A stretch of DNA of 64,000 bases from Diplonema japonicum (taxonomy: Eukaryota > Protista > Euglenozoa: Diplonemea), in NCBI GenBank assembly GCA_964019335.1, contig OZ025703.1, forward strand, positions 124,001-188,000, given 5' to 3'. The position numbers were made by a program, and so were the translations under genes. Numbering within the stretch: position 1 is the first letter of the stretch; each line of letters starts with the position of its first letter. Below are positions 48,461 through 62,328 of the stretch, piece after piece. The notes below the pieces were generated by a model. That model searched no databases and was not told the origin of the DNA. It saw only the letters and a list, made by a program, of their open reading frames with translations.

Positions 48461-48618
48461 GAGGAACACTACGACTAAAAAAAAAGGGGGGGGGTAACAA
48501 AATATGTGTTCTTCTGGCTATTGGAAGTCCCCATAGCTAATGCTCTATTTCCAAAAAAATGTGTTTCCGTGTACCCCCCCCCAAAGGCGGAGTGAGGTAC
48601 ACACAAAAAAAAAAAAAA

Positions 48619-51225
48619 ATGGGCAAACGGCAAAAAAACACACAACCTGAAGATGAGTCGGCATCATGGTCGCTCGTGAACGGTGTGCCGTACCGTCATG
48701 TGGAGGTGTACAAGACAGAAGGGTGGCGGGTGACGGAAAGGGATGTGGTAAAAGGCGGAATGGAAGGCGGCTACGTCGGTGCCTCTGTGAGACAAGGAAC
48801 CACCGGGGGGGTGAAATTCTTCACCTGGACCGGCTGCGGCGACTCCGTGGGCGAATGGGTGTGGCGGGGCAACGAACCGAGAACCTTGCTCATCTCCTGG
48901 GGCTGGCTGCCCGAGGACAAAATCTCAACCCTCGGCTCCGACGGCGCAGTAGTAGAATACGACCTCTTCGGGACAGAAGTCCGCCGAAGCCCAATGCTCC
49001 ACAACACACAGGCAGCAGGCTCAACAGTGTTATGCGGAGTAGTCGAAAACTGTTTCGCGGTAGCCTTCACCATGAATTTCGTAATCAAACTCGACCTGTC
49101 TGAGACAACCTCCAAACCAATCCTTGTGAAGTGCACGCACTTCTCTCCATTTCTCATGGCAGTGTCGTGTAAAGGTGTGGTGCACGCATCTACCAACACC
49201 GAGGCAAAGATGTTTTGGTCGGACCCGAAGACCGCCCTTCCAAACAGTTTGCCGAGCTGTTCTTTGGTTAAAATATCCCCTTCAGGGGGTTTGGTGGCAA
49301 AGCTGTCGGACAGTGGGGTCCTATCGGTGACACCAACCGAAGACCCGGCTGCCCCGGTGTTCGAGGAAAAAATCCCCCTTCAAAACGGTGAGATTAGCGC
49401 ATTGTCGTGGTGTGGGAACGACGCCGTTGTCCTGGTAACCTGCGATGCCCCGAACTATTCTGTGTCGCTTGTCGTTCCTGGGGGTTTCCGAACCGTTGCG
49501 AAGTTCCGTTCAAACATCCTCACAGTTACGGAAGAGGCGTACTGCTGCAAAATATTCCACGACCACGGCGTCGATCTCCTGCAACGAGCACCCAGCGAGA
49601 CGGTCAACATCTTCGGCGGGAAACCGTCCAACGGCATGCTTCTCTTCCAAGCCTTCAAACGACATCAGAAACACGATCCGATGGCATCGAAGCTGCTTCG
49701 AAAAGTCCCGTCTCTCGCAAAGGGTTACCGAGCGTGCATACATGCTGCACTACACAGTTTTGACGAACAAACACAGAAGGACCTCCTTGGAGCAGCATCA
49801 TTGGGGAAAGCTTACTTCAAAGGGAGAATCGACGGCGCTGTTCTTGGCAACGCATGTGCAGAGCTTCGCGTTCTAAACGCGGTGCGAGCGAAGGAGGTCG
49901 GGATGTTTCTACTGTACCCTTGCTTCGCAGCGACGGCGAGGATTAAAGGTGTAGTCCGCCGACTGGTCGACAGAAGGCTTTACGGGCTCTCCTTGGCCCT
50001 TGCGGAATATTCCGGGATGCATACAGGAAGCATCGCAACGTCTTGGGGAATTTGGCAGGTCAACAAGAACACGGAGAAATCGGATAAAGACCTTGCTGAC
50101 CACATTGCAGGGCAGTTGAAACCGTACCAGGGTTTGTCTCGTGTGCCATTGGTCAAGGAAGCTCTTTCTATTGGGCGAGCAAAGCTTGCTTCGCTGCTTC
50201 TTGATGCGGAACCCGATCTCGATGTCAGAGTGCAGCAGACGATCCAGCTCGGCGAGTACGAAAAAGCTTTGGATGTGTCGATTAATGCTTGCGACCCGGC
50301 CTTGACGCTGTACTGTACGCTGACAACGATCTCGGCGAACACAGATAAGAAGCTGATGTATATCATGTTGAAGGACCGGCCTTTCGCGTTGCGGCACTAC
50401 GCCGCGTACTGCGAGCAGCGGAACACGGCCGCCCTCCACGAGCTGTACGCCGAGCTGGGTCATTATCAGAAACACGGTTTCTCGGTTCTAAAAGCTGCGC
50501 ACGACCCACGCCTCGCACCGAACTCCCGAAATCTCATAAGATCTATCAAGGAAGCCTCCGATTTGTTCTCACGTGCAGGGAAGCCTTACGATGTTGAGGT
50601 TAAGATACTAGACTCGCAGACAAAACTGTTAAACCTTCAAGAAGATCTCGTTCGGAAAGGTAAGTTTCGCGGGGAAGGCGGTGGAATGTCCTTGCGAAAC
50701 ACGCTTCGTGTGCTGCTTCAAGCAGGTGACATTAAAATGGCGGACAGCCTGCGAAAAGACCACGGGATGGGTGACAGGAACTACTGGTACATCAAGGTAA
50801 CAGCCCTGTGCGAAACTGGGAACTACAAGGAGCTGGAGGCGTGGGGGCTCGGCAAAGGGTTAGCAAAGCTTGTCGCGAACAAAATCGCCAGCTCCTCGCC
50901 CATTGGATACGACTACTTCGTGACAGAGTGCATGCGGTTCGGGCACCCTGAAGAAGCGCTGAAATATATCCCGAAAATAGCTGACTACGCGAGACGTGCG
51001 GAGGCCTACTGTGAAACCAATGAGGTATTCCCGAAGGAGAAAAAAAAAAAAAAAAAAAAAAAAAAAACACGTTTTTCACAGTTCAACTCCGCCATCGACA
51101 CTGCCAAGGAGTACTTCGACCCTGATGTGCTCTTAGCGATCAGATACCGCACGAACGACCCCGCCCACCACAAACGTATTGACGAAGCGAGAGCGTACCT
51201 GTTGAAACAGGAAAAACCAGCGTGA
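48619..51225 (+). CDS. VPS16: Vacuolar protein sorting 16 (HOPS/CORVET); intron 51025-51081
   Basis: LSWCGNDAVV, CIHAA...QKDLLGAASLGK, LRVLNAVR..VGM, LLDAEP, YWYIKV.AL and SPIGY..FV motifs. Confidence 0.92.
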   Translation: MGKRQKNTQPEDESASWSLVNGVPYRHVEVYKTEGWRVTERDVVKGGMEGGYVGASVRQGTTGGVKFFTWTGCGDSVGEWVWRGNEPRTLLISWGWLPEDKISTLGSDGAVVEYDLFGTEVRRSPMLHNTQAAGSTVLCGVVENCFAVAFTMNFVIKLDLSETTSKPILVKCTHFSPFLMAVSCKGVVHASTNTEAKMFWSDPKTALPNSLPSCSLVKISPSGGLVAKLSDSGVLSVTPTEDPAAPVFEEKIPLQNGEISALSWCGNDAVVLVTCDAPNYSVSLVVPGGFRTVAKFRSNILTVTEEAYCCKIFHDHGVDLLQRAPSETVNIFGGKPSNGMLLFQAFKRHQKHDPMASKLLRKVPSLAKGYRACIHAALHSFDEQTQKDLLGAASLGKAYFKGRIDGAVLGNACAELRVLNAVRAKEVGMFLLYPCFAATARIKGVVRRLVDRRLYGLSLALAEYSGMHTGSIATSWGIWQVNKNTEKSDKDLADHIAGQLKPYQGLSRVPLVKEALSIGRAKLASLLLDAEPDLDVRVQQTIQLGEYEKALDVSINACDPALTLYCTLTTISANTDKKLMYIMLKDRPFALRHYAAYCEQRNTAALHELYAELGHYQKHGFSVLKAAHDPRLAPNSRNLIRSIKEASDLFSRAGKPYDVEVKILDSQTKLLNLQEDLVRKGKFRGEGGGMSLRNTLRVLLQAGDIKMADSLRKDHGMGDRNYWYIKVTALCETGNYKELEAWGLGKGLAKLVANKIASSSPIGYDYFVTECMRFGHPEEALKYIPKIADYARRAEAYCETNEVFPKEKKKKKKKKKTRFSQFNSAIDTAKEYFDPDVLLAIRYRTNDPAHHKRIDEARAYLLKQEKPA

Positions 51226-51314
51226 GTTCTTCTTTTATTTTTATATTTATTTTTTCCCCCCCCCTCAGAAAAAAAATACAGAATAAACCCAAAGGGGGAG
51301 GGGGTCGCCACTAG

Positions 51315-53145
<1,831 letters not shown>

Positions 53146-53687
53146 TTTAAAAAAGAAAAAAAATAGAGAGAGAAAAAAAAAAAGGAAACATGCCACCTCT
53201 GATGATGTGATTTTTTTTTTTTTTGCCCGCTTTTTTAGTGTTTTTTTTTTTTGTTGCCCGCATTCTTTTTTTTTTTCTTATGTTCCGTATCAAAAAAAAA
53301 AAAACGAGAAAAAAAAAAAGTGAGAGGAGAATGAGAGGGAGACCTAGCATGCTTTTTTCTTTTTTTTTTTTCCTTTCCTTGACCAGGAACTTGAATACAA
53401 AAAACACACGCACATTGGTCGGAAAAAAAAAAAAAAAAAAAAAAAAAAAAAGCCCCGTCCATTTTTTTATTTAAAAAAAAAAACACCCTCTTTCCATCTT
53501 TTTTTTTCTCTTCTTTTACATATAGAAGAAGCGCCCGAAGCGGCCCCGCTTAGTGTGCCCCCTTTTTTTTTCAAAATTTTCTTTTTTTTTTTTTTATTTA
53601 TACAAAAAAAAAAAACAGTTTTTTTTTTTTTTTTTACCCAAATCAAAAGGTGGAGGGTGGAGGGAGGGAGGGGAGGGAGAGAGAGAC

Positions 53688-53718
<31 letters not shown>

Positions 53719-53721
<3 letters not shown>

Positions 53722-54762
53722 TCGGAAGAAGAACAGCAAGAAGACGACATGGGAAATGTGAGCAATCCGAAAGACGACACTGAAGTAGACCGGTGGCTAG
53801 CGGTCCACCAGCTTCAAGAATACGCTGAATCTTTCAGACGTGAAGGCTACGACGATCTAGAAGATCTGAGGGGAATGGTGAAGGAAGGCGACGAAATCCT
53901 ATGCAGGCTGATAGAAAAAGGAGGACACCGAAGAAAGGTTGTCCGGCTGTTAGGAGGTGAATCATCAATGTCAGCATCACCACAAAGGGCTCCGAGCCAG
54001 ACGAGCTCGACTTCACACAGCACCATCCAATCCCCAGGAAATGTAGAAACAGGACGTTTCAAAGTCATCGTTGTGGGTGATGCTGCTACCGGTAAAACTT
54101 CTTATATACAACAGCTTGTTCATTCAAAGTTTTCACCGAATACCAAGGCGACTATAGGCTTAGATTGGAGAGAAAAACAATTCAAAGTTGCAGGAGGCTA
54201 CGTTACGGTTCAGTTCTGGGACATTTCCGGACAAGAACGATTTGCGAATGTAACCCGAGCGTATTACCAAGGAGCCCACGGTGCCATTGTTTGCTTCGAC
54301 AGATCTTCCGTAAAATCTTTAACGACGGTTGAGAAATGGAAGGAAGACATCGATTCTAAGGTTTTTATAGGAGGCGGTACGGACGGCTACGCCATACCTT
54401 GCGTCCTCCTCGCGAATAAATGCGATCTCGAAGACAAAACAGACAACGATTTGAAAGATATTGCGAAAAAGTACAAGTTCGAAGGGTCCTTTGAAACCTC
54501 TGCAAAATTGAATTACAACATCCTTCCTTCAATAGAGTTTCTTATCGCGTCCATGGAAAAACACCAGGCTGCCCTCCCCAGGTGCGGGTCGGCACATGCT
54601 ACCACCATTCTTCCTATTGAGCCGGCTTCGATCACACAACACTTCCCGGCACCAAGCAGCTCTTCTCCAGATCCCGTAAAACCCCGCAGTCTGAAGTCCG
54701 GTAAGGGCGCACGAGGCACTTCTAAACACCGGCAAAAGAAAAAATCATGTTCGTGTGGGTAA
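53719..54762 (+). CDS. SAM-domain / Rab32-38-like GTPase fusion
   Basis: WL...L.EY...F..EG.D...L...GHRRK (SAM); GDAATGKTS, KATIGLD, WDISGQERF, PCVLLANKCD, ETSAK; C-terminal CSCG. Confidence 0.85.
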
Positions 54763-54854
54763 GAGAAAAAAAAAAAATAAATAAATAAAAAGAATTTTTT
54801 TTTGTTAGTAAGGCTGTCCTCAAGGGATATGGTGTTCTACTATTTTTTTTAAAG

Positions 54855-54905
<51 letters not shown>

Positions 54906-55371
54906 CCCCCCCCCTTTCCTTAGTTGTTGCCGGGGACGCAGTAAACCAACCCACTCTTCGGCACAATGAAATACTGTAAACCTCTTAACTAAATTTTTCA
55001 GGGTGTGTTTTTTTCTTTTTCTTTTTTTTTTTTTTTTTTTTTTTCAAAGCCTGCCGACTCCCACGTGGTCCTTCTAGGACCAATGCATGCCCACCTACTC
55101 ATGATAGAAAAACGCTGAATTTTTCTTCTTTTTTTAAAAGTCCCGAGTGCAAAGGACAAAATTAAGAGGTTCACGGTATCTTTTACTTTTTTTCAAGGTG
55201 GTGGGGATAACATGGAAATATAAGAAGTACATCAGATGTGTGGTTCGCTGTTGACCTCCTCGTCGGTCATCACAGCAACTGCATGAGCGCCGAATCTTGG
55301 ATACGACGCCCCCTGTAATCAAGTAGACAGTTCTTGTGCAGGGCGCCGCCAACACCGGCCTCCTTTAACTC

Positions 55372-55434
<63 letters not shown>

Positions 55435-57036
55435 CCGAACGTGCTCTCCCGCGAAGGCAAAACAAAACAAAAACAAAACAAAACAAAAAAAGAAGCCCGC
55501 CAATTAGCATAATTGGGTGGTGCGGAGGGGGAAAAGGAATACCAAAATAAAAAAGAACTCTTTTTTACTGAAAAAGAGGAATTTTTAGGAGTGAGAAAAG
55601 GAGAGAAGAAAAGAGGGAGTGGGGGGGGGGGAAGAAAAGAAATTATCCTTCCAGCCCTCACCCACTCATTTTTGTTTCCTCCTGTGTTTTCTGAAGCTCA
55701 CTTCTATATTTTTTATTAAGGAAATGAATACGGTTAAACAACAATTGACGAGACAAATGGCGAACGGACAAACTCGCGAATGCGGGGAGGGGGGAGAAAA
55801 AGAAAAACCCGAGCACCTTTGTCCCCCTTCTTCAAAGAAAAACGAAGAAACCGCGGCCGATTTGTCCCATTTCGTTCAATTTCGTTTTAAAACCCTTTTT
55901 CCTTTTTTTTTTTATAAAGGAAAGAAGAAAAAAAAAAAGATAAAGAGCAACAACGTGTGTTTTTAGACTCTAATGTGTATTTTTTTAAAAAAGATTTTTT
56001 TTGTGATAATGCCGTTTCCCCAATCTTCGAATCTGCAACTACGTGTTTCCTTTTTTTTACTTTATTTTTTTTCCCCGGGTACTATGTGAATTACCTCTCC
56101 CCCCCCCCCTTTTTTTCGTAAACATTTGTCATCTCTGCAGTTTTCTTTTGTTATGGCTCCCAAAGGGGTTACACAGGGTCAGGGGTTTTTTATTCTCTTT
56201 TTTTTCCTGACAAAATCTTTAAAATCTCTTGTTTTTTTTTTTTGCCCCCCTCCTGCGTGTTACAGGTGCAAACGTAGTTTTAGTTAAATTTTTTATTCCC
56301 CCCCCCTTGTTTATTCACTTCTGTTCAGTTCTTTCTTTTCCTTCCTCTTTCTAATTCGGATGTTTTTTTTCTTCCTGTTTTTTTTTTTTCTTTCTTTCCT
56401 TAAGCTGTTTTTTTCTGTTTTTTTTTTTTTTTTTTTACCCTTCCCAAAATATAAGAAAATGAATGGAAAAAAAAAAAAAAAAAAAAGAACACTCCCTCCA
56501 GAAGGAGAGAATCTTCTTCTTGTAGCAGGGCAGAGCAACTTCAGAAAGTTTTTTTTTTTATCCAAAAAGAAAAAAAGTAATATATGAACCCATTTGGTTT
56601 TTTAAAAGGAGATTTCTTTTGAAGCTTTAAAAAAAAAAAAAAAAGAAAGAAAAAAAGATAGAAGGTACTACCAAACCTCTTTGTAATTTCAAATTTTTTT
56701 TAAAGTTCTTCTGACTTCGTAATTTTTCAAAAAAAAAAAAAAAAGGTATAGGGGGTAGGGAAAAGGCAGAAAGCTGTCTTTCTTCCCCTTTACCTCAAGC
56801 ACTCCGGTAGCCTGATCACATAACACAGGCAAGTCTATTTCCCCCCCCCCCTTTTTTTCTACTATACGGGTTTGCAGCTCATAAAAAAAAGAATTATATT
56901 GTCACCACCCCCCCCCCCCATTTTTCTTTTTCATTTTTTCATCTACGTTTCTTCTTCATCTTCTTTTTTTTTTTTTTTCCAATTATCCTGGGCACAATGT
57001 CGAAAGATCGGGGCGGGAGAAGAAGAAGAAAAAAAA

Positions 57037-57248
57037 ATGCCTGAAATCGAAAATTGGCTGTACCGCCAACCCGAGTCACCTCCCAGGAAACATGAAGTTG
57101 GGGAAAGCAAAGATTGGATGCTTTCAGAGGAGAAAGGAGGGCCCTTCGAGAGGTATGAGAAAAAAAAAAAAAAAAAAAAACCAGCCCGAAAGCACTTGAC
57201 TGTAAGCAGTACAAGGCTATTAATATCCACATGATGAACGAGACATGA
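57037..57248 (+). CDS. Small hypothetical protein (~59 aa); intron 57153-57184
   Basis: ATG follows an A-run; a typical GTATGA-A(n)-CCAG micro-intron leads in frame to ...SPKALDCKQYKAINIHMMNET*. Confidence 0.55.
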
Positions 57249-57453
57249 AAAGCGAGCGATTTTTTTTTTCTTTTTTCTTTTTTTTTTTCAAAATTTTCGA
57301 TTTTCTTATCAGAACGGGGAGAGAAAAAAAAAAAAAAAAAACGTTATTTCCACAATACCCATCCGGTCATTACCTATTATTATTATTTTTTTTTTTTTTT
57401 TTCCCGAAACAAACCAAATCAAGAAAAGAATACAGGGAGGGGGATACATAAAC

Positions 57454-57672
57454 ATGCAGCCACCAGGGGGCCCTTCAGGGAGCGTAGCTGCGGACACAGT
57501 GATTATAACAGAGGTAACTGACCAATGTGGGATAAGAAATAGTGAAAAATCAGAAGATGCTGTGTGGGTCCTGGGCTTCGAAAAACCGAAAGTTACGGTA
57601 AAATATAGGGCGAAGGTTGCTGACCAGGAGCAGAAGGCTGACAAAGCCGGGTCAAAATGCGTTGTCTCATAA
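57454..57672 (+). CDS. 72-aa CaaX-terminated protein
   Basis: Ends in CVVS*; shares a TEV...DA.WV.GFE...KV.VK motif with the next gene. Confidence 0.7.
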   Translation: MQPPGGPSGSVAADTVIITEVTDQCGIRNSEKSEDAVWVLGFEKPKVTVKYRAKVADQEQKADKAGSKCVVS

Positions 57673-58109
57673 AAAAGATTTTTTTTTTTTTAGGTATATA
57701 TATCTGTCCCCAAAAAGAAGAGTAGAAAGAAAGCGGGGGGGGGGGGGGGGGGGGGGTGTCCATAAACCAGGAAAAAAAATATCCTTCCAAGGAAATCTTT
57801 GTTTTTCTTTTTCCTGTGGTGGTGGTGGTGCCTCCATATTCCCTTTGATCTGATAAGTTGCGGGGTGGACAATCTCTGTGAATCGCAAAAGAAGAAAAAA
57901 AGAGAGAGAGAGAAGGAGAAGAAAAAAAGAGAAAAAAAAAAAGAAAATGTGATTCGATTCCTATGTTTTACAGTGCTCCTTTTTTTTTTATTTTTTCCCT
58001 CCATTGTCTGTGTCCTGGTCACCCCCCCCCCCCCCCCCCCCCCCGTACAAAAACAAATGATCAAACCTTTTTATTTTTTTGAAAAAAGGGACCAAAAAAA
58101 GAAAAAAAA

Positions 58110-59275
58110 ATGACAAAACGCCGGCCTAAAAAGAACAGAGACGTGGTCACCTTCACGGAAGTGGTCGAAGAACGGGGTTTCCAGGGGACCGCTGAGGCCA
58201 AGCATGACGACGCGGAGTGGGTCCGAGGGTTCGAGAATCAGGAGAAAGTGATCGTAAAGGTAGAGAGAAGGCCGAAGTATGGGGGCGGGGCATCCTCGCC
58301 GGCGGGGTCCGGTTCTGCATCCGCGTCCGCGTCCCCAAGTGGTGCGATGGCCGGAAAACCACGGGAATGGGTTAAACCACTGAGAAAATTCAGATGGGTA
58401 TTTTTTTTTCCCCCCCCCAAAAAAAAAAAAAAGGTGGGACTATTCTCAATTTTCCTGTGGGTAGCTTCGACACAACTTGTGACAGATACAACCCTGTGTT
58501 CATGTATGTTACTTTTTGGGGGGGGGAAAAAAAAAGAAAAAAAAGAAAAACAAACACACACACAGCCCCCCTGATCAACCATCCTCTTCTTACCGCGGAC
58601 TACGGCTTCGGAATGACAACTGTTGAGCAGTTCAAGGAGCTAATAGAGAACAATACTGAAGGGACTTCACCAGCGAAGGACCCGCAGGAAACAGAGGAAA
58701 AAAATGATGAAACCGCGGACACCTGCAAATGGAGCATCAAACCGGAAGGATTTCTTACTGGTTACGCGGTTTACATCTCAGGATGGGTGGTGCTTGGCGT
58801 GGGACTCGGGATGATGTTGGTTGAGGCATCTCGATTCATGGGGTTCTTTACGCCATTTGTGTTGCTTGGTGTAGGGTTGATTGGGGGGTGTGTGGTGGCC
58901 ACCTTATTCGCTTTTTACCTTGTATCGGGCAGTTTCTCCGATCCGGAGATATTCTACAGGAAGCATTACCTTGCTGTTTCATTTCTCAGGCAGTCTTCGC
59001 TGTCTATCGCGTTGTTGTTCTTAGCACAGGTTGCCGTGCACCCGCCCACTCCCTCCGCTACCCTGCAAAAGATTTCCTACAGCCTCTCTCTCCCTGCGCC
59101 TCTTCTTCTTGTCGGCTTGGTCTGCCCCCTTGCTTATCTTCCTCCCTTGTTCCTTGCGGCCCATGCGATCGTTGCACTTTCGGTGTACCCCTTGTGCACC
59201 GTCCTTGAGGTGGAGGTCAAGGAACACGTCTCGAGGGAAGATATGGCGGCTAGGATGTTCTCACCGAAAGACTGA
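58110..59275 (+). CDS. Multi-pass membrane protein with N-terminal WVxGFE motif domain; exons 58110-58397, 58434-58503, 58566-59275
   Basis: Introns 58398-58433 and 58504-58565 join two ORF-track entries in frame; about six hydrophobic segments. Confidence 0.75.
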
Positions 59276-59345
59276 AAAAAAGGAAGGGGGGAAAAAAAAA
59301 ATTGAGGGGGAATAAAAAAAAGTGTGTGTTTTTTTTTTTTCGCAG

Positions 59346-61740
59346 CTCTTCAACATCATCGAGGAGACCGGCGAATGGCCGGAGGCGCTACTGACGGCAC
59401 TCGTCTCCCTGATACCCAAGGGTGAGGACAGATCCCCGCTGAACCATCGGCCGATCACGGTCACCAGCGCTGTGTACAGGCTGTGGGCGACGACGAGGAT
59501 GAGGCGCATCTTGGTCTGGCAGGAGTCGTGGGCGCACACGTCACAGCACGGTTTCAGGTCGAGGAGAGTGACGGACACGCTGCTGCTGGAGCTGACGACG
59601 CAACTCGAGGAAGCCCTGCTGTCGGGCACACCGATGCACGGTCTCGCACTGGACTTTGTCAAGTGCTTCGACCGCATCCCGCGGGAGGTGGCACTTGGAC
59701 TGATGGGGGACCTGGGGCTACATCAGAACATACTGCGGCCGCTGACGACGATGTACGAGTCCCTCAGGCGGAGGTTCAAGTACCCGACAGGGGTGGGTGA
59801 CGAGTTCGCCACATCGAACGGCATCTTGCAGGGGTGCCCGATCTCGGTGGTGATGGTGAACGCGCTGGTGGGGGTGATGGTGAGGGCGATCATGGCGGAG
59901 GTGCCCGGGGCAGATTCCCTGTCGTACGCAGATGACGTGTACCTGATTGCAGCTCTGCTCAGCGCACTGGAGAAGGCGGCAGCGGGGGTAGGTGAATTCT
60001 CTCTGCTAACGGGGATGAGTCTCAACCTCAAGAAGACGGACATGTTCTCCACAGAAGGGTCCGGGTCGGTGAAGTGGGCGGGAAGTGCTTGCAGCCAAGA
60101 CGGAGATCAGCGCCCTGGGCATCAAGGTTTGCATGGACGGCGAGCACAGGGCCAAGCCCCTTGTGGGAATGGAGCGGGCGTGCGGAAGGCTGGCTGCCAT
60201 GCCGTTGGGATTCTCACAGAAGGCAAGGATCATCTCCAGCTCCATCCTCCCCTCTTGCCTCTACGGTGTTGCGTATGCCCCCCCCTCGAAAGTGGATGCA
60301 GGCACAATCCGGTCGAGAGTAGCGACATGCCTCTGGGGACCGAAGTTCAAGATGCGCTCACCGTGTGCTGTAGCGAACATCTTGCTGCCGGGGCACACGA
60401 CGGACCCGCTGGTGGTGACGCTTTATCGACTGTTGTGCACGGTGGTGAAGGTTGGTAGGTCGGATGCAGAGCTGTGGGACCGGATGGGAAGGTGTGCCGC
60501 CCTGTACCTGCAGAGCGACGTGGAGGCCCAGGGACCAGTGGGAACCCTAGTGAGACGATGGCTGCCGGCGGTCGGGAAGAGCTGGAGTTTTGTGGAAGGG
60601 CTGCGTACCACGACCGAGCGGGAACGCAAACACGAGATCCGCCGAGTGGCACGGGCCATGACAGCAGCGGAACAAGCAGAAGGGAGGACCTCCTACAGCG
60701 GCATGCCAGAGGGGGCCGACCCGGTCACGAACGGGTGGTGGAGGGCGCTCGCGAACAACCCGATGGCGGCGTACAGGTTGAGGAGGCTGATTGCTGGGGC
60801 GGTGTTTGCGGTGTACCCTGCGGTGCGGGGAGTGGCGGAGGGGCCGGACAACCCGCTGCAGCACCTCTGTGACGTGTGTGGGGAGCGTTACGGCAGCTAC
60901 ACCGAGGTGCTGGAGCACGCCCTCTGGCGATGCGAACTCGGAGATGCGGTGCGGGGCAAGGCAGAGTATGCGAGTCTCGACCCGGCGACCATGCCGAACG
61001 CGACGACGCTCCACGGGATAGTGCCCAGGGGATGCCAAGACAAGCCGAGGGCCCTGTTGGTGCAAAGGTACCTGCTGGAGGTGGTCACACTGAGGGATAC
61101 GGCGGTGGAAGCGAACCGCGCATTGCAGACGCAGACATACCCGTGGCGGGTGGTCGTGACGGGAAGGGCACACCCGACGCCGACGGTGGCCGAATTACGT
61201 GGGCTGGGAGCATCGGGGAAGGTGATGGACAGGCTGCTGGGGCCGGTGCTGAGGTGGCTGAGTGGCTTGCTGTGGGATGACGCCCCTGGACGGCACACGA
61301 CGGTTACGACGCTGGAGCTTGCCCTCGACTTCGAGCGGGAGACGGAGCTGCCGCTAGACGACGGCGGGGAAGTGGGCAAGGTGGAGGACCTGGGCGTCAA
61401 GGCAAGGAGGCTGAGGTATGTGCTGAGACGTGTCCAGGACCTGTACCACGCTGATGGCAGAAGGACGGCGTTCCCAGCAGCGCGAGTGGATCGCGTCAAC
61501 TCCCTGCGCTGTATAGGAGGACCGACCACACACGGGTATGACAGGAGGCCAGTACTCCCGGAGCGAACCATGAGCAGCATCGAAGGCTTGCGTGACACGT
61601 ACCTGTCGCAGACCCCGACAAGGCTGCCCCGCAGTTTTACCACCGCAGTAGGAACCCGCCAGAGCCCCCAGAACGGGGACAACGGGGACTAAGAACAGCG
61701 CGGCCGGTGAGCGCAAAAACGCATACCTTAAAAGAATAGT
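59346..61740 (+). mobile_element. 5'-truncated non-LTR retrotransposon (RT + C-terminal CCHC), frameshift near 60080
   Basis: IPKG...RPITV, QHGFR, LDFVKCFD, GILQGCPIS, YADD, LNLKKT; later CDVC...EHALWRC; abrupt shift to GC/G-rich composition. Confidence 0.92.
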
Positions 61741-62111
61741 TTTTTTTTTTTTTTTTTTTTCTCGATTCATCATGTGGTCCTCGTCATCTAAGAGAGGAAG
61801 GAGAGAAAGAACCGGATTAAAAAAAAAAAAGGAAAAAAAAAAAAAAATACAATATTTTGAAATTTTTGTTTTCTCTATTCCGAAAAAAGAAAAGAAAAGA
61901 AAAGGGGAAAAGAAAAAAAAAGAGATTCCTCCGCAACCGTGGCGAAAGCGAGGCTCTAAGAGGGGGAGCATTAAGAGATATGCCATAGGGTTACCCTTAA
62001 ACATCGCCTTTTTTGAACGACCTTTAAAAAAGAAATTGGACAAGCGATCCCCTCACGACCCTATTTGTTTTTTTTTTTTATTTGGACCAAAAACCGGGAC
62101 ACCCTTGGTCC

Positions 62112-62173
62112 ATTGAACTCGGGTTCCCATAGCCCCCCGAAGGCCTAACCCTTATGCTCCGCACTGAGCTGCC
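62112..62173 (-). other. Degenerate tRNA-like sequence (possible tRNA-derived SINE head)
   Basis: - strand GGCAGCTCAGTGCGGAGC (A-box/D-arm-like) ... CCCGAGTTCAAT (B-box-like); acceptor and T stems do not close. Confidence 0.3.
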
Positions 62174-62328
62174 AAAAAAAGAGGGGGAAAAAAAATAGGG
62201 AGGGAAGCGAGTTGTAGCACGCTCTGCGTGGATCAGTATACCCCACCCCCCCACCCCACGTCTCTTTTTTTTTCTTTTTTTTTCTCTTACCTCCCATTTA
62301 ACCATCTTTTTATGTATAGGAGAATTAA

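Noticed and set aside
62112-62173. Functional tRNA gene
   Set aside because: Acceptor and T stems do not pair; kept only as a low-confidence tRNA-like relic.
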